A DNA stretch of 64,000 nt from an uncultured bacterium (GTDB taxonomy: Bacteria; Patescibacteriota; Minisyncoccia; Phycocordibacterales; Phycocordibacteraceae). The notes beneath the pieces are model-generated. The model saw only the letters and a program-made list of their open reading frames with translations. It was not told the DNA's origin and made no database searches. Each line of letters starts with the position of its first letter. Within the stretch, counting starts at the first letter, position 1. The position numbers and the translations under genes were made by a program. The stretch is taken from contig CAIJZI010000006.1 in assembly GCA_903825105.1 (NCBI GenBank), forward strand, positions 87,368 through 151,367. The letters are read 5' to 3'. Below are positions 54,113-62,099 of the stretch, in pieces.

Positions 54113-55147
54113 ATGCATCGAGTTATAACAATACTCGCTATCACCGTTCTTGTTTTCGGCGCTTTTTTTTCATTCCCATCGCTCTTCGCTTTTACTCTTC
54201 ATAAAAATGTTACGACAATTTCTATAACTCCCGACCAGTTCCCTGTTACAGTGGATCCGAAGAATAAAGTTATTGTCGAGACCACACAGGTGAATGACTT
54301 TTTTAATAAAGATAATAAATCACTTTTCCAAGCGGCGGCAAATAATACCAGCAATGCCCTTTGGAGCGTCTTCGCGTGGGTCGCGGAGTCAATCGACGCC
54401 AGCGACTTCTACCAGTCGCTCGCGGGCGTCGCGGGCATTAACACCCACATCGTGACGATTACTCCGGGGATGCGTAAGGAGCAAGTCGCGGGCGCTTTTG
54501 GAGATGCATTGAAATGGACAAAGGCACAGAAAAAAGAATTTCTTACCGCGCCAACTTCTTCTACTATTTCTTCGCCAACAAACACAACACTTCCCCTCCC
54601 CGAAGGCTCTTTCGAGCCAGGAGTGTATTCAGTCGACAAAAGTATGTCACCACTCGCTGTTCAAGATATGGTAAACAAGCATTTTGTTGAAGATATCCTC
54701 TCCCACTACGGCACGACCACAGCCGAGCTTGTGCCTCTGAACGACGCTCTCACCGTCGCGTCACTCATCCAGCGCGAAGCAGCCGGCTCAGACGATATGC
54801 GCATTATCTCTGGCATTATCTGGAATCGCCTTTTCTTGAATATGAATCTGCAGATAGACGCGACGGTTCAATACGCAGAGGCGAATGCGCGCTCCGCCGG
54901 TAGCTGGTGGCCGCCAGTCGCGACGAGAAATCTATTCTTAAAATCGCCGTACAATACTTATGTGAATAAGGGCCTGCCGCCGACACCAATCGCGAACCCG
55001 TCAGTCGCAGCGGTACTCGCGGCGCTTAACCCAGTCAATACTGACTGTATGTTCTACTTCCACGATCGAATGGGACAATTCCATTGCTCCGCCACCTATG
55101 CCGAGCATGTCGCGCTTTTGAAAAAGTATTACGGACGAGGGAAATAA
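54113..55147 (+). CDS. mltG: Endolytic transglycosylase MltG
   Basis: ASLIQREA, NRL..M.LQIDATVQY, SPYNTY..GLPPTPIANP. Confidence 0.93.
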   Translation: MHRVITILAITVLVFGAFFSFPSLFAFTLHKNVTTISITPDQFPVTVDPKNKVIVETTQVNDFFNKDNKSLFQAAANNTSNALWSVFAWVAESIDASDFYQSLAGVAGINTHIVTITPGMRKEQVAGAFGDALKWTKAQKKEFLTAPTSSTISSPTNTTLPLPEGSFEPGVYSVDKSMSPLAVQDMVNKHFVEDILSHYGTTTAELVPLNDALTVASLIQREAAGSDDMRIISGIIWNRLFLNMNLQIDATVQYAEANARSAGSWWPPVATRNLFLKSPYNTYVNKGLPPTPIANPSVAAVLAALNPVNTDCMFYFHDRMGQFHCSATYAEHVALLKKYYGRGK

Positions 55148-55150
55148 ATG

Positions 55151-55174
55151 TGATGGATTTCGTAAACCCATCAT
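55151..55174. repeat. Palindrome family D, copy 3 (mltG/alkD junction)
   Basis: TGATGGATTTCGTAAACCCATCAT; contains the TGA stop of alkD on the minus strand. Confidence 0.88.
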
Positions 55175-55875
55175 CGGGCTAAGAAAATTCTGCGATCTTC
55201 GGGAGAGAAATGTTCAATCGCGTAGCGAAGCGTCGTGCGCGGCATTTGTGCTTTATGTTTGTTTATAAAATTTGAGAGCTTACTTATCGAGCAACGCTTT
55301 CCCACCTCGCGCAGCATCCAGCCAACGGCTTTATGGATTAAGTCGTGATCGTCGGCGAGGAGTATCTCAGCGAGAGCGAGCGTGTCCTCGGCTTCGCCAT
55401 TTTTAATAAAAGCAAAGGTCGCGACGATAGCGATACGCCGTTCCCAAAGATTTTTTGACTTCGCGAGTTTGTATAAAATCTTTCTATCTCTCTTCAATAA
55501 ATAATCGCCGAGAATATACGGTGCGGATTGATCTACCAAATCCCAGTTGTTGATATATTTCGTATGCGCGAGATAAAACTTAGTTAGTCTCTCTTTTGTT
55601 TTTTCGTCCGCGTTTTTATACTGCTCAACAAGAATCAGAAGCGCCGTAAAACGACACTCGTGAATCTTGTTTTTGAGTAGTTTTTCGATTTCTTTAAGCT
55701 GTAAAACTTTGTACTCCTTCGCGACTTTTCTCTGTTCAGGCACCGTCACACCAACAAAGACATCGCCATAGCCATACTGCCCTTTACCGGTTTTAAAGTA
55801 CCAAGCACAGGCCTTCGCCTTCTTCGCGCTCCCTAATTTCTTCAATTTTTTCTCAATGTCTGTAGCCGTTTGCAT
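55171..55875 (-). CDS. AlkD-family DNA alkylation repair glycosylase
   Basis: GVTVP, NNWDLVD, W.RR.A, DLIHKAVGWMLRE.GK, LRYAIE. Confidence 0.92.
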   Translation of the reverse strand: MQTATDIEKKLKKLGSAKKAKACAWYFKTGKGQYGYGDVFVGVTVPEQRKVAKEYKVLQLKEIEKLLKNKIHECRFTALLILVEQYKNADEKTKERLTKFYLAHTKYINNWDLVDQSAPYILGDYLLKRDRKILYKLAKSKNLWERRIAIVATFAFIKNGEAEDTLALAEILLADDHDLIHKAVGWMLREVGKRCSISKLSNFINKHKAQMPRTTLRYAIEHFSPEDRRIFLAR

Positions 55876-55906
55876 ATCAAATAAAATACCACGTATAAAA
55901 TAATAA

Positions 55907-56190
55907 ACCGCCTTGTGGGCGGTCTTGGGGGTCATAGGGGCCGGACGACAGGAACTCCACACGGGACGTTCTTGTCAGTTGTCCGACCCCTACCTATAGG
56001 AAATTTTCTTTTCATGAGGGCGACCTCGGAATGGCTGTTTGGACGAGTGTCTTACGACGGTTATATATCTTCCACTATATAAAACCGACGAACAGAGAGT
56101 GCGGTACATCCTCGAATTGTTCCCCTTTCCCCTCTTTGCTTTTGTGCTGTAGCGTTTTAGGCGCCGGAGCCGGTCAAACAACCGGCCAAG
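55907..56190 (-). ncRNA. Candidate ~280-nt structured RNA
   Basis: TTGCAT-N17-TAGGAT promoter, several hairpins, terminator, no convincing ORF. Confidence 0.45.
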
Positions 56191-56251
56191 TTGCTATCCT
56201 ACTCTTCATCGAAATTTAATGCAAGTGGGGTTATCCACAGCCTGTAACGGG

Positions 56252-56767
56252 CTACAACTTCCTGCTATCGTACGCCCAGTGCAGGACTGCCTGTCTTTGT
56301 TTAGTGTGACAAGCGAAGTCGCCGATACGGCAATGCTTTTTTATTTGCGCTATATGCCGGCGAATAGCTACCCAGCGTTTAATCTGTCGGTCGTCGTCTG
56401 GCCCGCGTCGGCCCATATAATATCGGCAATACCATTGAAACCATCCTCGTGGATCATCTTTATAAATCCACCCCTTCTCGCGCCAGACCGAGAGTGGCTG
56501 ACTGGCATTCACTCCAAAGAAGTTGAACTCCGAATCATGCTTGTATGAACCTTTCTTTTGAAATCTTGCTTTGGCGAACCAGTCTCGAGAGAACTCTTTT
56601 GTACAATCGCGCATATATACCCCACCGAAGACCCCGAGCGCGAGCATCTTCTTCGGACTAAGCTCGGGCTTAAAACGCGGGTCAAAATGCTCGCCCACAG
56701 GCTCGGTCAATTCGTAGCGATAGCCCTTCTGCATCTTGTCAGACACTCGAATCGTTTTGGTTCTCAT
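56252..56767 (-). CDS. Conserved hypothetical protein
   Basis: F.P.LSP..ML.LGVFGG.Y, DPRGWFQWYCRYY.GRR..DD.RQI.RW, RQA.LHW. Confidence 0.85.
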   Translation of the reverse strand: MRTKTIRVSDKMQKGYRYELTEPVGEHFDPRFKPELSPKKMLALGVFGGVYMRDCTKEFSRDWFAKARFQKKGSYKHDSEFNFFGVNASQPLSVWREKGWIYKDDPRGWFQWYCRYYMGRRGPDDDRQIKRWVAIRRHIAQIKKHCRIGDFACHTKQRQAVLHWAYDSRKL

Positions 56768-56882
56768 ACTAGAAGTGTACAGGATAAATGATGCGTCTTG
56801 TAGAAACCTTGGAAATCTTCGTCGAAATTTTCTGGATTTGTCGGAAATTTTTGGATAAAAAATTTCCGCCCGAATTCAATTC

Positions 56883-56973
56883 CATCGGAATCGTCCGGAT
56901 GAGACGATTCCGATGCGAATTCAAAAACAATAAAAGCTGTCCGTGCGGACAGCTTTTATCGTTTTTGAATTCG
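56883..56973. repeat. Two adjacent long inverted repeats
   Basis: 13-bp stem at 56883-56915 and ~28-bp stem at 56916-56973. Confidence 0.85.
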
Positions 56974-57042
56974 GCTGGCCTCCTCGGTCTCGTACTTTCT
57001 ACCGTCAAGCCCCCGTTGGGTTTCCTGGCGGCATCTCCAAGT

Positions 57043-57747
57043 TCACTTCGACGCTCTTCGGAATGACATCATCTTATCGATAAATTCTTGTTTGAACGTG
57101 ACATATCTTGAACCGTTTTCCTCCCTTTCCTCGATATAGCTCGGGTATGGTTGCCTCTGATGTATGTTCGGATCGTCCATATTCGCGTCTATCCGCAATC
57201 CGGGTAATGGCATTATTCTCTGTGCAACCGCAGATCCTACTTCTTTGCCACCCTTCTTGAATCTAAGATGAATGGTCCAAATGCTTATAAACGGACGCTC
57301 GGTCGTCAGCCGCTGTCGGAGAATATTTATCCACTCTTCGCTCTTTTCATGATTAACAAAGACAAGGAGACTAAATTTCACTGGCTCCGTGCCATATTGC
57401 TTTTGCTTCTTCTCAACAACTTTTAGGAATTCCTCGAATGATTTAAAGTGCGGATAGACACCGGTTAATTCTACAGGCTCAATCCTAAACTCCTCGGGCG
57501 TCTCGCCAAAAGAAATGAAGTCGAAATCTGGATACGACCTTTCTGCCTGATTGAACTGAGCAAGCCACCAGTCCTTACCTGTATATTTCTTCATTGCGAG
57601 CGTAAAGAAATACGCAGCGAAACCCTCGCGAGCTTTCTTAACTGCCTCCTCAGAACTACCAAAAAACTTCTCGGCATCAACCCTTTTTAAAACATCTTCC
57701 ACCTGCCGAAATAGGGTGTGCGGATGTGCGAAATGTATTCCGTTCAC
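57043..57747 (-). CDS. Hypothetical protein
   Basis: 234-aa ORF with GTG start; YPDFDF..VEL is weakly PD-(D/E)XK-like. Confidence 0.75.
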   Translation of the reverse strand: MNGIHFAHPHTLFRQVEDVLKRVDAEKFFGSSEEAVKKAREGFAAYFFTLAMKKYTGKDWWLAQFNQAERSYPDFDFISFGETPEEFRIEPVELTGVYPHFKSFEEFLKVVEKKQKQYGTEPVKFSLLVFVNHEKSEEWINILRQRLTTERPFISIWTIHLRFKKGGKEVGSAVAQRIMPLPGLRIDANMDDPNIHQRQPYPSYIEEREENGSRYVTFKQEFIDKMMSFRRASK

Positions 57748-57795
57748 AATGGATCAATTTTACCGTTCCTGACTCAATGCGACAAAGTGAAGATA

Positions 57796-58191
57796 TTATC
57801 TATGACGTATCCCAATTTGAGTCAATATTATCCCGATCCAAGCAAACGACACTGCGTATATAGCGAACAGCAGTAAATCAATCCAATAGTTTGCAAAGAC
57901 CTCCGGTCCAAAAATAAGACCAACTAGAAAAAGAAGTCCGTAGTAACAGTAGTTGTATAGAACGCTGCCGAGCATGGCCCATCGGCCAGTGAAGAGAAAC
58001 TCAGTAGTCGCTATAACGAGAAAGAATGTCAGGAGGCCAAGCACCAAAAGCCAGTCATGGATGAGAAAGTATAGAAGCATGTCCCACATCATGTGATAGG
58101 CCGTTTTCGTACCGTCATCCATAGCCTTAAACATCATGCTGACCAGATCTTTGTAGAAGTCGGGCCCAAATGGCGAGCTTGTTGCGTTCAT
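57796..58191 (-). CDS. Hypothetical membrane protein
   Basis: About three TM helices; AAGGAGG upstream. Confidence 0.75.
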   Translation of the reverse strand: MNATSSPFGPDFYKDLVSMMFKAMDDGTKTAYHMMWDMLLYFLIHDWLLVLGLLTFFLVIATTEFLFTGRWAMLGSVLYNYCYYGLLFLVGLIFGPEVFANYWIDLLLFAIYAVSFAWIGIILTQIGIRHR

Positions 58192-58564
58192 ACTTGTTGA
58201 ACCAGCTTAACTGAACCTCCTTCATTTTTACAGGCCCTGTATAGAAATGAGACAAATGAGACACAGAGACGGGTGTCTCAAAACCGTTGTAAACAGGCAG
58301 GGCAAGATGGCATTGCAGCGACGATTGGACGACCTATACTGATTAGGTCGCATGGCAGATCCCAGCCGCGTGAGTCCGCAGGGACAGGGATAATTGGTTA
58401 AAAAATTTGCGCATGATGTAGAGCCCATCGCGCGGGCTGGAGAAATCCAGAAGGCTCACCTTCGAAGATCGCGGAACCCCAACCGCGCGACAAATAGGGA
58501 CGAAGGAACACACCTTTAACGAGGCGTGTGTTTTGTGCGTTATACACACTAATTCTTCGACTAT

Positions 58565-59833
58565 ATGTCCAAGCTAAACATCACCTATGTGCCCGTCACT
58601 GCCCTAAAGGCAGCGGCCTATAACCCTCGTGCATGGAGCAAGGAAGCCATCGACCAGTTGACTGCAAGCATCAAGCAATACGGCTTTGTTGACCCACTGC
58701 TCGTTAACTCTGCACCGAAGCGTAAGGGGGTGGTTATCGGCGGGCACTTCCGCCTGTCGATCGCCAAGAGTCTTGGCATTAAGGAAGTGCCGGTCGTATA
58801 CCTCAATATCCCCGACCTTAGGCGCGAGAAGGAGTTGAACCTTCGTCTCAACAAGAACGTCGGCGATTGGGACTGGAAGAGGCTCGCGGAGGATTTTGAT
58901 GTCGGCGATCTGATGTCCGTCGGTTTCAGCAACGACGATCTTGGTCGCATCTTCGATGACAATGCCGATGTGAAAGACGACGGGTTCGACGAAGAACAAG
59001 AGATCGAACGTGCCAAGATCACGAAGATTAAGCCGGGCGATATGTTTGCCTTGGGTCGCCACCGTCTGCTCTGCGCAGACGCGACCGATCCTGAAAGTGC
59101 AAGAAAGCTGATGGCCGGAGTACGTGCTGACATGATCAACGACGACCCGCCATACAACATCGGTCTCTCATACGACAAGGGTGTAGGCGGCAAGGCGAAG
59201 TACGGGGGAAAGCACAACGATAGCCAATCCGAAGCAGAGTACCGCGCGTTCGTGAAGTCGGTGATGGAAAATGCGCTTGCGGTCTCAAAGCCCGATGCTC
59301 ATGTATTCTTCTGGTGCGATGAGCGTTGGGTATACCTTTTCCAGCAGTTGTACGCAGAACTCGGCATTCATTCCCTGCGCCTGTGCATCTGGATCAAGGA
59401 CAACCAGTCTCCGACACCAAATGCCGCCTTCAACAAGGTGACGGAATTTGTCGCATACGGAACCGTTGGTCGTCCGTACCTCAATGACAAGGTCGCCAAC
59501 CTCAACGAGATCATCAATAAGGAGACGACGACCGGCAACCAGCTTACTGAGGACATTCTCGATCTTCTCAATATCTGGCTGGTGAAGCGCATTGCTGGAA
59601 CCGACTATCAGCATCCCACCCAGAAGCCACCGACTCTCCACGAGAAGGCACTGCGCCGTTGTACTCGCCCAGGTGATGCGGTACTAGATCTCACCGCTGG
59701 ATCAGGGAGCATCCTCTCGGCGTGCGAGCAATTGGGTCGCACGGCGTACTGCTGCGAGATGGAGCCGATCTTCTGCCAGGTCATCATTAATCGGTACGAG
59801 AAGTTGACCGGCCTTAAGGCACGCAAGGTATGA
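58565..59833 (+). CDS. ParB-N domain fused to beta-class DNA amino-methyltransferase
   Basis: YNPR..SI.QYGFVDP..IGGH.R (ParB-N); DPPY, HPTQKP, then DLTAGSGS. Confidence 0.93.
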   Translation: MSKLNITYVPVTALKAAAYNPRAWSKEAIDQLTASIKQYGFVDPLLVNSAPKRKGVVIGGHFRLSIAKSLGIKEVPVVYLNIPDLRREKELNLRLNKNVGDWDWKRLAEDFDVGDLMSVGFSNDDLGRIFDDNADVKDDGFDEEQEIERAKITKIKPGDMFALGRHRLLCADATDPESARKLMAGVRADMINDDPPYNIGLSYDKGVGGKAKYGGKHNDSQSEAEYRAFVKSVMENALAVSKPDAHVFFWCDERWVYLFQQLYAELGIHSLRLCIWIKDNQSPTPNAAFNKVTEFVAYGTVGRPYLNDKVANLNEIINKETTTGNQLTEDILDLLNIWLVKRIAGTDYQHPTQKPPTLHEKALRRCTRPGDAVLDLTAGSGSILSACEQLGRTAYCCEMEPIFCQVIINRYEKLTGLKARKV

Positions 59834-60267
59834 GCAAGCCGCAAACCATCGAGGAGCGACAGTCGCGGGAGAAGGGGCTCTTGCTCGAACAGCTCAAGAA
59901 GGTGCCGATTGTGCACATCGCCTGCGAGAAGTCTGGGGTGGGTCGTGCCACCTATTACCGCTGGCGCGATGAAGATGAAGTATTCAAGAAGGCCGCCGAT
60001 GCGGCGCTCGTCGAGGGCGAGGCATTGATTACCGACATGTCGGAATCACAGCTGATCTCGCTCATCAAGGACCGCAAGTTCCCCGCCGTGCATCTGTGGC
60101 TGCGCCAGCACCACCCAAAGTACAAGGACAAGATCGAGGTTGTCACTCGCTCCGCAGAAGATGACACGCTCACGCCTGAACAGGAAGCAATTGTGAAAAA
60201 GGCGCTCAAACTGGGAGGGATTATTAATTCAAAGAAACACCATGGCAACTGCAAGAAAGGAGTATAA
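59830..60267 (+). CDS. HTH protein, terminase small subunit-like
   Basis: ACEKSGVGRATYYRWR..D..F HTH; lies directly before the TerL-like gene. Confidence 0.75.
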   Translation: MSKPQTIEERQSREKGLLLEQLKKVPIVHIACEKSGVGRATYYRWRDEDEVFKKAADAALVEGEALITDMSESQLISLIKDRKFPAVHLWLRQHHPKYKDKIEVVTRSAEDDTLTPEQEAIVKKALKLGGIINSKKHHGNCKKGV

Positions 60268-61243
60268 CGAGATCATCCATGCCATGCTTGCCGACAAGGC
60301 TGTTCGTCGGTCAATCGTACGCAAGAGTCATTACCTGTTCTTTTGCTTCTATCTCAGCCACTACATGGAGTACGAGATGGCCCCATTCCATAGGGAGATG
60401 TTCAACCTGTCGCAAAGCAAGCGCAACAAGTTCTTGGTCATCATGGCTGCTCGCGGGTTCGCCAAGTCTACGATCTTGAACCTGTCATACGCACTCTGGT
60501 CGATACTGGGAGAGCAAAAGAAGAAGTTTGTCCTCATCATCAGCGGTACGCATAGCCAAGCAAGATATCACTTCATGAATATTCGTGAGGAATTGAAGAA
60601 TAATCCTAGGTTAGCAGCAGATCTAGGGCCATTCGAGACAGACGACGCTGGCTGGGGAGTGAACTCCCTCTCGCTTCCGAAGATGGGAGCGCGCATCTCG
60701 CTCGCCTCGCGCGAGCAAGCCCTGCGCGGTATTCGCTCCGGCCAGTATCGCCCTGATCTCATTATCTGCGACGACCTTGAGGATTCGAGGGATGTAGAGT
60801 CTATTGCGGAGCGGACCGCCTCCTACCAATGGTTCGTTAATGAGGTCATGTCTGCGGGAAGCAAGAACACCAACGTGGTTGTCTTGGGGAATTTGCTGCA
60901 CGAAGACTCACTGCTCATGCGACTGAAGAAGGACATTGAGCAAAAGAAGATAGCCGGAGTCTTCCGCGCGTATCCTCTACTGGATGATGATGGTCGCATT
61001 ATGTGGCCGGGAAAGTATGGCTCGCAAAAGCAGATCGAGGCCTTACAAATGAGCGTACTGGATACGGAAACATGGGAGCGCGAATATCTGTTGAAGTATC
61101 GAGGACATTTCAGCCTTATACAGCTTGGGAAGGAGCGGGATGAGTTGACGCGGCTTGGAGCTGAAGAGTATCGGAGGATTCACCCAAAGCCAGAACCGTA
61201 TCGCCTAGGTGAGTATCGCATTAGCGCACCAACTAAGTTGTAG
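60242..61243 (+). CDS. Terminase large subunit-like ATPase without nuclease domain
   Basis: Walker A ARGFAKST, LRG, Walker B PDLIICDDLED, LGNLLH, W..EYL and then only ~48 aa. Confidence 0.8.
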   Translation: MATARKEYNEIIHAMLADKAVRRSIVRKSHYLFFCFYLSHYMEYEMAPFHREMFNLSQSKRNKFLVIMAARGFAKSTILNLSYALWSILGEQKKKFVLIISGTHSQARYHFMNIREELKNNPRLAADLGPFETDDAGWGVNSLSLPKMGARISLASREQALRGIRSGQYRPDLIICDDLEDSRDVESIAERTASYQWFVNEVMSAGSKNTNVVVLGNLLHEDSLLMRLKKDIEQKKIAGVFRAYPLLDDDGRIMWPGKYGSQKQIEALQMSVLDTETWEREYLLKYRGHFSLIQLGKERDELTRLGAEEYRRIHPKPEPYRLGEYRISAPTKL

Positions 61244-61406
61244 ATCGCTTTTCCTTCTGTATTTTCTCCCAACACATTCTCAATTCATCCTCGGTCGCGT
61301 GACCGGGTATTTGACCTGTGCTCTCAAAATGCCGTATCAGGTCTACTGCAAATTCGTACCGAGTCTGATCGTTATCGTTTGAGAACTGCGACCTACTAGA
61401 GTCCAT
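61233..61406 (-). CDS. Hypothetical small protein
   Basis: 57 aa, overlapping the end of the upstream ORF. Confidence 0.45.
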   Translation of the reverse strand: MDSSRSQFSNDNDQTRYEFAVDLIRHFESTGQIPGHATEDELRMCWEKIQKEKRSTT

Positions 61407-61626
61407 ACTTGTGTAAGCAGGTGCTGTACTGGAAATTATACTCAGTAGTCGTAGCGTCCGGATGAGCGACTCCAAAGTCGTGGATGTATGCTTCGCAATT
61501 CATCCTTATATTTGCAGGACGCACTTCGAACCAATAGAAGGCACCCACCAAGATCAGCAGTATAAGTATGACCTGATAATGAAGACGAGCGAAGTCGAAT
61601 ACGGCTTTTACGTATGGATTTTTCAT
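61396..61626 (-). CDS. Small single-TM protein
   Basis: TM helix, FYWFEVRP..C...Y..CL..GL; ATGA coupling with the upstream gene. Confidence 0.7.
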   Translation of the reverse strand: MKNPYVKAVFDFARLHYQVILILLILVGAFYWFEVRPANIRMNCEAYIHDFGVAHPDATTTEYNFQYSTCLHKYGL

Positions 61627-61850
61627 ACGCCGCCGACTTTAGCTTTCTGGACTCTTGCGCTGATGGATTTATAGATCCACACCAGTCCGCAAACGAGTCC
61701 GAGTATAACGAGAAATCCGCCGACTACATGAGTAATGGCGGAGTTAACACTTGAGATTATTGCGCCTCCGAGAATACCAGTGATGGCGTTCCTGCCGTAG
61801 TCCTTTTGAGTCCAATCTCTGACGGAGAGATATCGATGTTTGCTTTCCAC
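61623..61850 (-). CDS. Small membrane protein
   Basis: 75 aa, hydrophobic helices, GTG start. Confidence 0.6.
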   Translation of the reverse strand: MESKHRYLSVRDWTQKDYGRNAITGILGGAIISSVNSAITHVVGGFLVILGLVCGLVWIYKSISARVQKAKVGGV

Positions 61851-61879
61851 GTTGAATTATCGTTATGGATAAATCCGGG

Positions 61880-62050
61880 TCGGCGGGTAGCACAAAACCC
61901 GCCACCAGGAGCCCTTGCGGGCCTATAGGAGTTTCCCCCTATAACGCATCGAACGCCCTGATGACGGGTTTTCTAGGTTCGATGCGATTTGCGACCATGC
62001 CATTGACCGAAGTCACTGGTTTAGGTCGGTACTAGCCAAAGCTAGTACCT
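61880..62050 (-). ncRNA. Candidate structured leader RNA or ncRNA (pseudoknot or switch)
   Basis: Minus-strand GAAA, GCAA and TTCG tetraloop hairpins; a 10-bp stem whose loop is complementary to a 16-nt downstream segment. Confidence 0.6.
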
Positions 62051-62099
62051 TAAAGATATCTCACTTTAGGGGTTCTGCGAAGACCTTGCTTGAAGACAA

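Noticed and set aside
22319-56239. DnaA boxes as oriC
   Set aside because: The four consensus boxes are isolated and kilobases apart, with no cluster or dnaA gene.
56769-57066. ORFs 56769-57008 and 56788-57066
   Set aside because: They run across long inverted repeats with low-complexity translation; the region is more likely non-coding.
61958-61990. Hammerhead ribozyme at CTGATGA
   Set aside because: There is no proper stem II followed by GAAA, and the tetraloops point to the opposite strand.
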